DNA of 64,000 bases, taken from assembly GCA_003138365.1 (NCBI GenBank), contig PLFY01000046.1, forward strand, positions 2,773 to 66,772, written 5' to 3'. Shown here piece by piece: positions 38,873 through 49,706 of this stretch (positions are counted from its first letter, which is position 1; every line of letters starts with the position of its first letter). Below the pieces are notes generated by a model, which did not search any database, had not been told where the DNA came from, and saw only the letters and a program-made list of their open reading frames with translations. Source of the stretch: Acidobacteriaceae bacterium (GTDB taxonomy: Bacteria; Acidobacteriota; Terriglobia; Terriglobales; Acidobacteriaceae). The position numbers and the translations under genes were made by a program.

Positions 38873-40168
38873 TCAGGTTACGATCGCCTGGGCTGCTTCA
38901 GCCTTGGCATGCACAGAAAGGCCCTGGATGAGGTGAAGTATCTGGACCGAGAGCGCGCCAAAGGCCGTATAGATATTCATTTTGAGAACGCCCTCGGACG
39001 TATTCAGCGGAAGGAACATAACGCAGACAAGCTGTACCAGCGTCAGCACAATCACCTGCAGGGAACCGCTCCACCAGAAGATCCACTTTCGTGAAACTGC
39101 AATGGCCCACATGGCTCCCGCGAAGTACCCAATCGCCGAAGCGTAAATCACGAGCTGTACCTGGGGAGTGAGATTGCTGTATTTCGCGCCCAGCAGGAGG
39201 AGGTATGCGCCCGGGCACAACTTTGCCGACGCAGCCACCATGAGGGCAATTACCGAGATGGCGCACATGGCGTGGATGTATCTTTTGCGAAAGAGGGAAC
39301 GCGGACTTTTTGCAAAGTAGGGTCCGATAAGGACCCCATTCGATGAATTCAGCAGCAGAAACAGTTGGCCAATCCTGCCTGCCGCCGCGACTTCCGCTAT
39401 CTGGCCCGCGTGTCCGAAAACCGCGATCAGGAACAGTGAAATCTGGCCCTGCAGCGCTTGATACACGGTACCCGGCAGGAGCGGGACCAGGAACCGTATC
39501 ATCTCCCTGCCGTGTTCCTTGGAAGCTTTACGGGGCACATCGATCCACGGACGAGCCATGACTCTGTACGACACGCCCGTGACCACGATGCTCAACGTAT
39601 TTGCGGCGATCACCGTGGTCGCGGAGATCCAATGCATGTAATAGAGGGCGACGGAACTGACGATACGCAAGGCGGCGGCAGCTATCTGCGGGCTGTAATA
39701 CGAAACCAGCTTGTTGTTCAACAAAAATGGAATTTCGTAGTACGAAGCCCACGCCTGGAACTGGACGGTCAACAATACCGCAAGGGCAAGGAAGACAAGT
39801 TCTCTCCTGCCATGCGCCTGGAACTGGACATTACGGAAGGCAACAGCAAGCAGAATGCCCGCGCCACAAATGAACAACAGAAGAACTTGTCTAAGATGGC
39901 TGGCGGTTCTTATATAAGAACCCAGGACAGCCTTGTCCTGATATCTCGTGCCCACCAGCCCTGAAATAGCTCCTCCGAAGCCTATATCAGTGAGGATGGT
40001 AATCATTCCCTGAATGCCGAGCGCAATGGCATAGACGGCGAAGTCGGGCTTGGTCATGAGACGAAGCAGCAGCAGCCCCGTTGCCGCATTGAGTAATTGG
40101 ACTGCGCTTTGGCCACCAACAAATGTGGACAGTCTCTTCCCTATTCGGGAGACAGTACTGATATTCAT
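38873..40168 (-). CDS. Wzx-like polysaccharide flippase
   Basis: About 12 hydrophobic segments, D.GF.G motif in the N-terminal half, cluster context. Confidence 0.72.
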   Translation of the reverse strand: MNISTVSRIGKRLSTFVGGQSAVQLLNAATGLLLLRLMTKPDFAVYAIALGIQGMITILTDIGFGGAISGLVGTRYQDKAVLGSYIRTASHLRQVLLLFICGAGILLAVAFRNVQFQAHGRRELVFLALAVLLTVQFQAWASYYEIPFLLNNKLVSYYSPQIAAAALRIVSSVALYYMHWISATTVIAANTLSIVVTGVSYRVMARPWIDVPRKASKEHGREMIRFLVPLLPGTVYQALQGQISLFLIAVFGHAGQIAEVAAAGRIGQLFLLLNSSNGVLIGPYFAKSPRSLFRKRYIHAMCAISVIALMVAASAKLCPGAYLLLLGAKYSNLTPQVQLVIYASAIGYFAGAMWAIAVSRKWIFWWSGSLQVIVLTLVQLVCVMFLPLNTSEGVLKMNIYTAFGALSVQILHLIQGLSVHAKAEAAQAIVT

Positions 40169-40175
40169 AGGCTCC

Positions 40176-40655
40176 CTATGGAGTGATTTGGCGGACGACC
40201 CGTGCCGGAACCCCGAGCGCCAAGGAATAGGAGGGGATATCTCTGTTTACAACTGCGCCTGCGCCGATGATGCTGCCTCTTCCAATGCGAACGCCGGGGA
40301 GAACGATTGCGCCAGCGCCCAGCCAGCAGTCCTCCTCGATCGTGACCGGCAACTCGACCGCGATTAGACGGGTGGCGATCTGTTCAGAATGCGTAACGGA
40401 TGCGATCGAGCAATTCGAGGAAATCAAGGTCCTTGCCCCGACATGCACGCCTCCTGCGCCAAAGATATGCGTGAAGGCGTTAATAGCAACATCGTCTTCC
40501 AGGGTCACTCCGTGCGTTCCCCAGATTCTTGCCTCGTGGCTAAGCCATACCCTCGCTCCGCAGAAATGAAGCTCCTTCATGAGCTTTTCGGTCCGATAAT
40601 TCTGATGCCACCTGATGAGCTTATCGATCACCCTGAATGTAAATTGCTTCACCAT
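40176..40655 (-). CDS. Hexapeptide-repeat O-acetyltransferase
   Basis: VTIEEDCWLGAGAIVLPGVRIGRGSIIGAGAVV..D motif. Confidence 0.88.
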   Translation of the reverse strand: MVKQFTFRVIDKLIRWHQNYRTEKLMKELHFCGARVWLSHEARIWGTHGVTLEDDVAINAFTHIFGAGGVHVGARTLISSNCSIASVTHSEQIATRLIAVELPVTIEEDCWLGAGAIVLPGVRIGRGSIIGAGAVVNRDIPSYSLALGVPARVVRQITP

Positions 40656-40836
40656 CGCATCTCCCTATCTGTAGGCGCCGAGCTTCTTTGAAGATAGACC
40701 GCGGCAAAGAAGCATTCCCGGAGCCAGGCGGTACACAAGGGTTCGCGGAGCTTGTGGAGTCGCTACAGAGATCCCCGACACAATCAACGGAGCAGACCGC
40801 ACAGGCAAATCGTAACTCCGGTGTCGTCTTGGCTCA

Positions 40837-41931
40837 TCAACGCCAAGCCGAAAGAACAGACTCGTACATCTTGAGATAGCGCGGAATGAGCACGTTCCAA
40901 CTGTAGCAGTTCTCGGCTCTCGTCTTGCCCAGTACGCTGAAGCGGCGAAGCACTTCCGGTTGACTGGCGACTTCCTGGATCTTCGACACCAGAGCGCCGG
41001 GCGCGGCCATGTCGATGTAGAGTGCCGCATCTCCAAGCGCCCATTGGAAATGCGAGGTGTTGTGGGAGATAACCGGTACTCCGGACGAACAGGCTTCAAG
41101 GAGGACCATTGGGAGCCCTTCTGCTAGGGATGGGAGTACAAAGAGATCCGCGGCAGCCAGAAGCGTCGGAATCCTGGCTCGCGGCACGGTGACGATTATG
41201 TGCCGGCCAGGAAGAAGTTCTGCTGCCAATTCTCTCAGCCCGGGAGTTTCCGGGGTTGGCTGGCCCGCTATACACAGAAAGACGGAATTGTCGCGCAGAG
41301 CGGCAACTTCCCGAATCAAGTAATCCAGTCTCTTTGCACTGCGGTTGAGAGCCGCGACAGAAAGAATTACGAAGCTGTCGTGTGGCAGGGAAAACTGCTC
41401 CCGCGCAGCCTCCCGGCTCTCTGACGAGCGGAACTGCTCCGGATTGATGCCATATGGGACCAAACGCATGCGTTCCGGGGCGATGCCAAACGCAAGTGCC
41501 TCCTTATAACACTCTCCACATATCTGCTGAATAAAGATGTCGGGCCGGAGGTGCTGGGCAGAATAGGGACCACCGTTAGACAGCAAGAGCTTGACCCGCG
41601 AGCCGGTGAAGCGCACAAGGCGGCCCAGTATGTTTCCCGCAGTGCCGTCGCTGTAGTGGACAAGATCGACTTTCTTCAGGATCAGATACGGAAACAGGGC
41701 GATGGCAAATGTAATCTGTTCCCAGCGATATGCGGTTTGCGGGTTCATAAACCGCGCGAGGAAGTTGCGCCTGAGGCAAGGCACCACCACCTCGTTCGGC
41801 TGGCGCTTGCCTGAGCCCTTGCACAGCGTGACATCGACCTGCCCGGAAAGAGCGCCAAACAGTTCCCGTGCGAACGATTCATAGCCGCGCCGTGTGTGTT
41901 CCAGGCCGCAGCACGCAATGACCATGCGCAT
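40837..41931 (-). CDS. GT4 glycosyltransferase
   Basis: DLFVLPSLAEGLPMVLLEA motif. Confidence 0.9.
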   Translation of the reverse strand: MRMVIACCGLEHTRRGYESFARELFGALSGQVDVTLCKGSGKRQPNEVVVPCLRRNFLARFMNPQTAYRWEQITFAIALFPYLILKKVDLVHYSDGTAGNILGRLVRFTGSRVKLLLSNGGPYSAQHLRPDIFIQQICGECYKEALAFGIAPERMRLVPYGINPEQFRSSESREAAREQFSLPHDSFVILSVAALNRSAKRLDYLIREVAALRDNSVFLCIAGQPTPETPGLRELAAELLPGRHIIVTVPRARIPTLLAAADLFVLPSLAEGLPMVLLEACSSGVPVISHNTSHFQWALGDAALYIDMAAPGALVSKIQEVASQPEVLRRFSVLGKTRAENCYSWNVLIPRYLKMYESVLSAWR

Positions 41932-42022
41932 CGCCAGATCCCTCCAGAAATATGTTGATGCAGAATTGATACCGTTCGTTCGAGAGGCCTATTGCGCCAG
42001 AAACCGCGATGGCGGAACCCGG

Positions 42023-43024
42023 TCAAACCGGGCGGACCTTGGAATACTCCGAATGCCATTTCCAGGCGGAACGGATGATGCAATCCAGGTCAGAGTACTG
42101 CGGACGCCAGGCCAAAACTCTGGCCGCGGAAGAAGGATCCGCAACCAGAATGGGCGGATCGCCCACGCGCCGGGGAACAATGCGGTGCGGCACTTTGCGA
42201 CCGGCCACATGTTCCGCAACGCCGATAACTTCCCTGACCGAATGGCCGTTGCCTGTTCCAAGGTTCATTGCAACCGAGGCACCTCCGCTCAGCAGATAAT
42301 CAAGAGCCCTCACATGGGCATCGGCCAGATCGGCTACGTGGATATAATCGCGCACACACGTCCCATCAGGGGTGGGATAGTCGCCGCCATAGATTTCGAG
42401 CGCTCCCCGACCGTCAATGGCATTCAACACCAGGGGAATGAGGTGCGTCTCCGGAGAGTGAACTTCTCCAAGTTTCCCGTCGGGATCGGCACCTGCAGCA
42501 TTGAAATATCGAAGTGCGGCGAACGTAAGGTCGTGTGCTCCCGCATACCAGTGCAGCGCCCGCTCCATGATGAGCTTGGTTTCGCCATACGGATTGACCG
42601 GACGCTGCGGGGTATCTTCGGCGATCGGCATCCGGTCCGGCGTGCCGTATGTGGCGCAGCTCGATGAGAAGACTACGTGACGCACTCCAGAATCCACAAG
42701 GGCATCGAGCAGCGTAAGAGACTTGGTCACATTGTTATTGAAGTACCGCTCCGGCCGCTGGATCGATTCTCCGACATATGCAAAGGCCGCGAAATGCATC
42801 ACCGCTGAGATGTTATAGCGGCTAATCGTCTCCAGCAGCTTCGCTCGATCCCCAATGTCCCCTTCAACGAAAGGGCCGGATTGCACAGCCCAACGGTGGC
42901 CATGGATCAAATTGTCATAGGTAACAGGGACAAAGCCGCGTGCAGCCAGCGCCTTGGCTGCATGACTGCCGATATAGCCTGCGCCGCCAGTTACCAAAAC
43001 GAATCTCCCCGATGAATCGGACAT
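42023..43024 (-). CDS. galE: UDP-glucose 4-epimerase
   Basis: GGAGYIGSH, HFAAFAYVGES, PYGETK, LRYFNAAGA and DGTCVRDYIHV motifs. Confidence 0.93.
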   Translation of the reverse strand: MSDSSGRFVLVTGGAGYIGSHAAKALAARGFVPVTYDNLIHGHRWAVQSGPFVEGDIGDRAKLLETISRYNISAVMHFAAFAYVGESIQRPERYFNNNVTKSLTLLDALVDSGVRHVVFSSSCATYGTPDRMPIAEDTPQRPVNPYGETKLIMERALHWYAGAHDLTFAALRYFNAAGADPDGKLGEVHSPETHLIPLVLNAIDGRGALEIYGGDYPTPDGTCVRDYIHVADLADAHVRALDYLLSGGASVAMNLGTGNGHSVREVIGVAEHVAGRKVPHRIVPRRVGDPPILVADPSSAARVLAWRPQYSDLDCIIRSAWKWHSEYSKVRPV

Positions 43025-43086
43025 AGGTCCTCGAATCTTGCAGCGAACGATTCACATAACTCTGGATCACTCTTCGCTCATTTCCA

Positions 43087-44187
43087 CTATCGCAGACAGC
43101 CCAGCAGCAGTCTTGCCTGGCTCTCCACATCGGCGACTCGCACGTGTTGCTCATCGTCGCGAGGAAACAGCTGGTAATGCACGCCGTCGACTTCCCACAA
43201 TTCCGCGTGGCTCTTGGGGTCTTGCAGCCTGGTGAGGATGAGAACACAACGCTTCTCGAAAGCGGCGGCAAGATGCATTGCAAAACTGCCATGACAAATT
43301 ACCAAATCGGCCAATGAAATCAGAGCCATCGATTGTCGGAGCGAAACTTTCCCGCATCGGTTGCTCCAGCCTCCCAATTCGCGAGCAATTTCCTCTCCCA
43401 ATGGCCAATCCGCTTGCGATCCAATCACACAGCCGCACGTCTGCTCGGACAATCGGCCTGCCAACTCGGCGAAGTTCTCGACTGGCCACTGCTTCTCTGG
43501 GGCGCCAGCTCCAGGAGCGACAACGATCCTGGGATTCCCACTGCCCCCTGTCGCTTCTATCTCCAACCACACCCTTTCTGCTTCTTCTATTTCATGGGCG
43601 TCGAGAAACAGTTGCGGCTTTGAACCCAAATCGACTTCGACACCGCTCTTAAGCAGGCCGACAAACTCGCTGGCGCTTTTTGCAACAGAAAGTGTCTTGC
43701 CGGCGTCCAGATATGCCGTTGAGCCGGTGTGACCGCCCGCATATCCCTTTCGACCTAACCGAATCGGGATCCGCAAATGGATGAAAAGCATTGAGCCGAA
43801 TGGACTCCCCAGCACATCGATTCCGACGTCGAACTGCTTCGCTCTCAGCCGAGCGACCTCCCGAGACATGAAGATATATCTCAGCGCCTTTAGAAGGCTT
43901 TTCCGTCCTGTGCAGTGGTTGTGCCATGGTGCGTTGCAGTCGATAACTTCAGATATATAGGGATTGTTCTTGAGAATGTCTTTCGACCAACTGCCGACTC
44001 CTGCGGCGATATGTGAATCGGGAAACGCTCTCCGCAATGCCTGGAAGAGCGGGGTAATGATTACAAGGTCGCCAAGGTCATTGTTGCGCAATACAAGAAT
44101 CGAGAGAGGTTCTTTTGCTTTACGATACCGGTACACTTTTCGCATCGTTGTTACGCATGCTTCCAGAATAGATCTTCTTATTCCCAT
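43087..44187 (-). CDS. GT9-family glycosyltransferase
   Basis: ILVLRNNDLGDLV, APGAGAPEKQWP..F and C..SFAMHLAAA motifs. Confidence 0.85.
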   Translation of the reverse strand: MGIRRSILEACVTTMRKVYRYRKAKEPLSILVLRNNDLGDLVIITPLFQALRRAFPDSHIAAGVGSWSKDILKNNPYISEVIDCNAPWHNHCTGRKSLLKALRYIFMSREVARLRAKQFDVGIDVLGSPFGSMLFIHLRIPIRLGRKGYAGGHTGSTAYLDAGKTLSVAKSASEFVGLLKSGVEVDLGSKPQLFLDAHEIEEAERVWLEIEATGGSGNPRIVVAPGAGAPEKQWPVENFAELAGRLSEQTCGCVIGSQADWPLGEEIARELGGWSNRCGKVSLRQSMALISLADLVICHGSFAMHLAAAFEKRCVLILTRLQDPKSHAELWEVDGVHYQLFPRDDEQHVRVADVESQARLLLGCLR

Positions 44188-44339
44188 GTAACCCTCCTCT
44201 CTCGACCTTCGCCTTGCCCGCCGATCCCATATACAATCCCGGATAGGCGCATGCAGGCTTCCCCATCGGTGCATCGTCAGCCATCTCGTCTGTGATGCCT
44301 ACAACAATGATTCCAAAAGGATAAAGTCAATAACAGGCT

Positions 44340-45512
44340 CTAGCGCACATTCATGGATTGGACGGGATTCAGCAGACCGGAATACGCTGAATCCACCAAC
44401 TCTGCCGCCGCCCTCCAGGTGTACTTCCTGGCAGCGTCAGAGGCTCCCTGCCGGCCAAGCCTCTGCCGCAAACTCGAGTCGGTCATGATGAGCTCAACCG
44501 AGCTAACAATCTGTGCTGTATTCCCTGGAGAAACAAGCAGACCGTTTTGCCCATCCTGCACAACATCCTTCATTCCACAGGTTGCGGTGGTAATGGCGGG
44601 GATGCCCGTGCACATCGCTTCAATTAAAGCGAGCGGCGTACCTTCAGCGAAACTGGGCAGGAGAAAAACATCGTAATCCAGCAGCACTTCAGCACAATCG
44701 GAATGCGAAAGAAGCGGGTGCACAACAATTCTCGAATGAAGGGACGCGGGAAAATCCGCGTAGACGCGCTCCGCGGGCATTCCCGCGCCCAGGATGCCGA
44801 GTTGCAACGAAGGGTACTTGCCGGCCAAAACTGAAAACGCTTCAATCACCTGCCGGATCCCTTTCCGTTCAATCCATGTGCCGGAAAACACCACCTTATT
44901 GCAGGGGCGATCGTAGGACCGTCTGCGGGCAACACCCGGAAACTCCGGGCCTGTCCCCGGAAATACTCGTGTAATCCTCTCCGGATTCAGGTGGAAACGA
45001 GTCACAAGGAAGGCCTTGTCTTCTTCATTCAGGCACAACACATGGTCGGCCCGCTTCAGCGTCAGCCGCGACTGCCACAAACTCATCAGGGGGAATAAGA
45101 TGCGGGTCTTCAAACTCGGAGGCTCGGGGCCAGGAGGATCCTTTCTCAGGCGCAACTCCCAGTAACGCTGTTCGACTCCATGAGACATGGCCACAATGGC
45201 CGGGCTGCCCAATCGCGATTGCCCTAACACGATGGCCGCTCCGGCTGGTTCATGAATGTTAATCAGATCGTAGGGCTCACCGCGGAGAAATGCCTCCCGG
45301 GCACGGCGGCGGGCATACCACGTGAAAGCATATCGCTGAAACCGCTTGCCACCCACGTCGGGCAAATCGTCAGCGGTAAAGTAATCTGTTTTCCATCCGA
45401 AGGATTCCAGTTCAGAGTGGATAGATTCCATCAATCGCGCCATCCCGCCCCAGTTACCCCGCGGCACGTTGTGCGCAACAAGCATACGTTTGGATTTGGA
45501 ATCGTGGAGCAT
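44340..45512 (-). CDS. GT4 glycosyltransferase
   Basis: FLLPSFAEGTPLALIEAM motif. Confidence 0.9.
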   Translation of the reverse strand: MLHDSKSKRMLVAHNVPRGNWGGMARLMESIHSELESFGWKTDYFTADDLPDVGGKRFQRYAFTWYARRRAREAFLRGEPYDLINIHEPAGAAIVLGQSRLGSPAIVAMSHGVEQRYWELRLRKDPPGPEPPSLKTRILFPLMSLWQSRLTLKRADHVLCLNEEDKAFLVTRFHLNPERITRVFPGTGPEFPGVARRRSYDRPCNKVVFSGTWIERKGIRQVIEAFSVLAGKYPSLQLGILGAGMPAERVYADFPASLHSRIVVHPLLSHSDCAEVLLDYDVFLLPSFAEGTPLALIEAMCTGIPAITTATCGMKDVVQDGQNGLLVSPGNTAQIVSSVELIMTDSSLRQRLGRQGASDAARKYTWRAAAELVDSAYSGLLNPVQSMNVR

Positions 45513-45711
45513 AGAACTTGATCTACCTCAGAAGTCGGGCCAAGCCGGATGAACACTTCATTGTAAAGGACCGGAACGACAGGCCCGCTGCTCGCGCGAA
45601 TTAGCAAGAATCAGAGTCTAACCATCAAACCGTTAAGAGCCTGAAGATGTGTCGCCCCGCTCGGGCGCATATCACTTGAAGTTAGAAGAAGCTTCAGATG
45701 CTTTTGCGACG

Positions 45712-46350
45712 TTACGGATGACTAACTCGCATCTTGCGCTCTCCAACCACCTTAGCAGGCGTTCCTACGGCGATGGCGGCCGGCGGTATATCGTGGAATA
45801 CCGAACTCCGCGCTCCAACAACAGCTCCATGTCCGATTGTTACTCCGGGAGCGACAAACACATCCGTCGCCACCCACGCTTCCGCTCCGATTACTATCTT
45901 CTTGGCAAAAATGTCGAAGGTTGGGCTGGTGTAGTCATGGGAGCCCGTGCATAGATAGGACCGCTGGGATACCACGGCGCAGTCCCCGATCTCAATCTCC
46001 CCATAGGTGTATAGGTGGACATCGTCGCCGATGTGACAATGGTCCCCTATGGTGAGTTTCCAGGGGTACGGAATCTTAACGGATGGGCGAATAATGGTGC
46101 TCTTCCCAATCCTCGCTCCGAACAGTCTCAACAGGTTCGCCCGCCATCCGTACATCATCTGTGGCGACATAGCGAACAAAGTGGACTGCACCAGCCACCA
46201 CAATTGAACGTAAAGCTTGGATCGTCCCCGAAAACCGGAGGGCACCTTGAACTGCTCCATTTGCTGATACCCGCGCAGAACAGGTTCCTCGGATTGAGAC
46301 AACTCCTGGGCGAGTTCCAGCGACGCCGGCACGGGTTTGTCAGTGAGCAT
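45712..46350 (-). CDS. WcaF-like acetyltransferase
   Basis: GWRANLLRLFGARIG, IPYPWKL.IGD and SQRSYLCTGSHD motifs. Confidence 0.9.
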   Translation of the reverse strand: MLTDKPVPASLELAQELSQSEEPVLRGYQQMEQFKVPSGFRGRSKLYVQLWWLVQSTLFAMSPQMMYGWRANLLRLFGARIGKSTIIRPSVKIPYPWKLTIGDHCHIGDDVHLYTYGEIEIGDCAVVSQRSYLCTGSHDYTSPTFDIFAKKIVIGAEAWVATDVFVAPGVTIGHGAVVGARSSVFHDIPPAAIAVGTPAKVVGERKMRVSHP

Positions 46351-47317
46351 CTGTTCCTTCCTTCAGTGGAGTCACAGGATGATCGGGACTGGCAATGGCG
46401 GCGTGAATCAATTCACAACCGGGACAACATGGCGGATAAAACCTTCTTGCGAGCAGGGCGTGATATCTCCAGAAAAAGAGAATCAGCGATAGTTGAAGGT
46501 TAGCCCAGCAATGGAGAACAAGCTGCCCAGGATTCTTCATCTTCAGAGCGCGAAGGTGATGAGCTCCACTGAAAACCAGAGTTCTCATAGCCATGCTAAG
46601 AAAGTATGCTGAACTTTTGCCCGAAGCTTTCAGCCCATGTATATGAAGAAAGAGCAGGACGGAAAGCGTGTGGTGCTGGACGACCTTCCAGCCGTGCCGC
46701 AGTTCAATTTCGTGCCAGACTCTTGCATCCGGCAGAAAGAGAACCTCAGAATGCCTCTTCACTCGCAGATGGAGATCGACATCTTCCATTGCCGCAAAAG
46801 GGTATCGGTCATCGAACCCATTGATCTTCTGGAATAGGTCCCGCCGGATGGCAAAGTTGCAAGACCACAAATAGCCGCCGGTTTCATTTGTGGGAACTTG
46901 ATCCGCGAAGCCGGACAACTCCCCCTTTGGGCTGATTCGCCCCTCAAAGACACCGATTTCCGGATTTCTCAGGGCGGCATCCTGATAGGCCGCAATCAGG
47001 TTTTGGTCCGGGATGCAGTCATCGTCGAGAAAAATGAGAAGCTCCGCGGTCGCGTGTGCGGCTCCACAATTTCGATTGGCGGACGGGCCTCGCCGTGGTC
47101 CCTGGACCACTTGCACGCTGGCCAGTTCCCGAGCCAGCACCTCCCTGGTCTGCAACGAGTTTCCGTCATCGCTGACGACGATCGAACAATTCGGGTGAGC
47201 AACGACATACGGAACGATCCGGCTGAGGCACCGCATAAGAAACTCATGCCGATTCCGGGTGGGGATGATAATCGCAACGCTGGGCAAGGCCATAAGGACA
47301 ATCCAATTCAAGATCAA
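46340..47317 (-). CDS. GT2 glycosyltransferase
   Basis: IIIPTRNR, VSDDG, GPSANRN, FLDDD and EDVDL motifs. Confidence 0.9.
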   Translation of the reverse strand: MILNWIVLMALPSVAIIIPTRNRHEFLMRCLSRIVPYVVAHPNCSIVVSDDGNSLQTREVLARELASVQVVQGPRRGPSANRNCGAAHATAELLIFLDDDCIPDQNLIAAYQDAALRNPEIGVFEGRISPKGELSGFADQVPTNETGGYLWSCNFAIRRDLFQKINGFDDRYPFAAMEDVDLHLRVKRHSEVLFLPDARVWHEIELRHGWKVVQHHTLSVLLFLHIHGLKASGKSSAYFLSMAMRTLVFSGAHHLRALKMKNPGQLVLHCWANLQLSLILFFWRYHALLARRFYPPCCPGCELIHAAIASPDHPVTPLKEGTDAH

Positions 47318-47491
47318 ATGATTGTCAAAACCGCTGATCTCGACTTACAAACGCAAGGCCGCGTCCTTTGCAGGCTTGTTTTTCCTTCACCGGATGGGGA
47401 CCAGCAAGATTGAGATGAGGCGCATCTGCGTGGATCGTGGTGGGCAGGGTTTTGGCGCCGGCGCCAACGCATTCAAGGGTGGATAGATGGG

Positions 47492-48169
47492 TTACGGCTG
47501 CTGTCTTGAACCTTTCGTGGCCAAGCCCGTATCCACTCCACCGTTTAGGGAGGGACTCTTGATGAGTCCTTGCTGCGCCAACCTGGAGGCCAAGCCTGAA
47601 GATGGCCGAGTCTCGCCGCTGCCGGCGCCGCCGGCTAGCGAAGCAAGCCCCCGCCGCGATCCGACGGCAGCATGACTTATTCCAGAGGATTTGGGCATAG
47701 CACGGCGGCCAAATGCAGTGCCGCCAGAAGACCGGCCCGAGGAAGAACGGGAGAGGTGCGCTGTACCCGCCGCGGCATTCCCTCTGACGCTTGCAGGCTT
47801 CGAACTGGAGAATTCCGAAGGAAGGGCGCCGCTGGGCGGAAGAACATCTACTACAGACGTGCGGGGTTGCGTGGTGCTGCGAACGCCGACAGCGCCTATA
47901 CCGAGAGACGGCCCACTATCATGCCAGACTCCACCAGGCTGGGCAGATAGCCCGAAACTCCCTTTTCCCGCCGCCCAGTTGGAGCCTCCACCGGATCCAG
48001 TGCCCCGGACCGGAGCGCTTGCGCCTGTGGTCAAGCCTGAACTCGATGCGCCCTGGCCGAAATGGGCCGCACTTGCGGCCTGCTGGCCTTGAACGGCTGG
48101 CAGACAGATCGAGCATGCGAAGACACACGTGAGAATCGAGACAGAATTCGGCTTCTTTTCAGAGTTCAT
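47492..48169 (-). CDS. Hypothetical secreted Gly/Ser/Ala-rich low-complexity protein
   Basis: ATG overlaps the upstream stop (ATGA); signal-peptide-like MNSEKKPNSVSILTCVFACSICLPAVQG. Confidence 0.6.
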   Translation of the reverse strand: MNSEKKPNSVSILTCVFACSICLPAVQGQQAASAAHFGQGASSSGLTTGASAPVRGTGSGGGSNWAAGKGSFGLSAQPGGVWHDSGPSLGIGAVGVRSTTQPRTSVVDVLPPSGALPSEFSSSKPASVRGNAAAGTAHLSRSSSGRSSGGTAFGRRAMPKSSGISHAAVGSRRGLASLAGGAGSGETRPSSGLASRLAQQGLIKSPSLNGGVDTGLATKGSRQQP

Positions 48170-49422
48170 CGAATGGTCCCTTCCTGTGCCAAAGAATGCG
48201 TGACGGATGCGGCGACCGATAAAAGACTTCGTTCCAGATGCCCCAAAACGCGGGTGGATGACCACCTTCGGCTCGCGTACTCCTGCGCATTTTGGCGATA
48301 CTCCCGCAGATCTGCGCCTCGAAACTCATGAATTGCCGCCAGCAGAGCCGCCCCGTCTTCCGGTGCGACAATTGTTCCGGCTCCCGATTCGCGAATGGTT
48401 TGCGCGGTTTCGCAGTTGGGATTTACTGAGGCTATAACTGGACGTCCCGCAGCTAGATAGGTCACAATCTTCGACGGGAAGGCGATTTCGGAAACCGATT
48501 TCTGCTGCGTCAGCAGACAAATGTCGCTCGCCGCCAGCAACCCTCGAAAGTCCTTCGCTTCCAGCAGCGGCAGAAACCGCACGTTGTGCAATTCAAGTTC
48601 AGCGACCCTTCGCTTGATCCTTCCGCAAACGGCGCCATCCCCCACGAACAGGAACTGCATCGAGTCATCCCCGCGATTCAGGACAGCGGCATCCACGATG
48701 ACGTCCAGTCCCTGTTTGACTCCCATATTGCCGCTGTGCGTGACGAGAAACTTGTTTTCGAGGCCATAGCGCTGCCTGAATTCGCTTCCCTCCGATGCTC
48801 CGATGTCGAACAACGAATCGTCAACGCGCGCCTCGAGCAGCTCAACCTTTTCTGGCGGAATACCTTTGCCAACGATCTGGTTTCGCATCCCGTTCGTCAA
48901 GGTGGTAACCAGCGCGGCGCGGCGGTACGCTGCCTTCTCCACCTTGTAGAGGAATTTCAGGGCCCAGGACGGAAGCATGTTGAGCTCCGCCGCTGAGTCC
49001 GGTTGCAGATCTTCCACATCGAAAACATAAGGAATTCGCCACAGGCGGCTCAACAGAATGGCGTTTACGGCGAGTCCCAGGGGCGGAGAAACAACCAGCA
49101 GCAGATCGGGGCGCTTCCGGGCAATTGCTCTGACCATGGATGAAGCGATGAACGTGGCCTCATGCAGGACGCGCTTCAGAGAGGTAGCGGGGTTCGGAAC
49201 GTAGGCATAGCTGCGAAGAATTCTAACCCCGTTGCGTTCTTCACTTGCCGTAAGTTTGCCGGCATAGTCTTGTGGAACCTTCCATTCCGGGTAATACGGA
49301 AAGGTTGTACACACTTCGACGTCGTGACCGACAGCAGCGAGATATTCCGCGCGATATGTAGTAAAAGCACCGATGCCGGTGACTTCGGGCCAATAATTAA
49401 TGCTTAAGATCAGGACTTTCAT
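48166..49422 (-). CDS. WcaI-like GT4 glycosyltransferase
   Basis: INYWPEVTGIG, PYYPEW, VEDLQPD, SGNMGVKQGL and FPSK motifs. Confidence 0.9.
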   Translation of the reverse strand: MKVLILSINYWPEVTGIGAFTTYRAEYLAAVGHDVEVCTTFPYYPEWKVPQDYAGKLTASEERNGVRILRSYAYVPNPATSLKRVLHEATFIASSMVRAIARKRPDLLLVVSPPLGLAVNAILLSRLWRIPYVFDVEDLQPDSAAELNMLPSWALKFLYKVEKAAYRRAALVTTLTNGMRNQIVGKGIPPEKVELLEARVDDSLFDIGASEGSEFRQRYGLENKFLVTHSGNMGVKQGLDVIVDAAVLNRGDDSMQFLFVGDGAVCGRIKRRVAELELHNVRFLPLLEAKDFRGLLAASDICLLTQQKSVSEIAFPSKIVTYLAAGRPVIASVNPNCETAQTIRESGAGTIVAPEDGAALLAAIHEFRGADLREYRQNAQEYASRRWSSTRVLGHLERSLLSVAASVTHSLAQEGTIR

Positions 49423-49706
49423 CGGCCAGCCTTCCAACTCCAATTTTACACCGTTCAACGAGGCGGCAACAGCGGAGCCGGGTGACGGGTTCGAGGAAAG
49501 CCACAATGGGCCGGCCAAATGCCTGACGGAAACGAGGCCTGAGTACGGTCCCAGGCTTGGCGGCCTCATCGATAAGAGCGCTCGAAATGGACGGTCATAA
49601 CACGCTGCTATGACGAATGAAGACCTATGAACCAGCATCCACCGCAAATCTACAAAGTCAGGTCGCGGCCTGCATCATTCCGCTCAACAATCACCCCGTG
49701 CGACAA

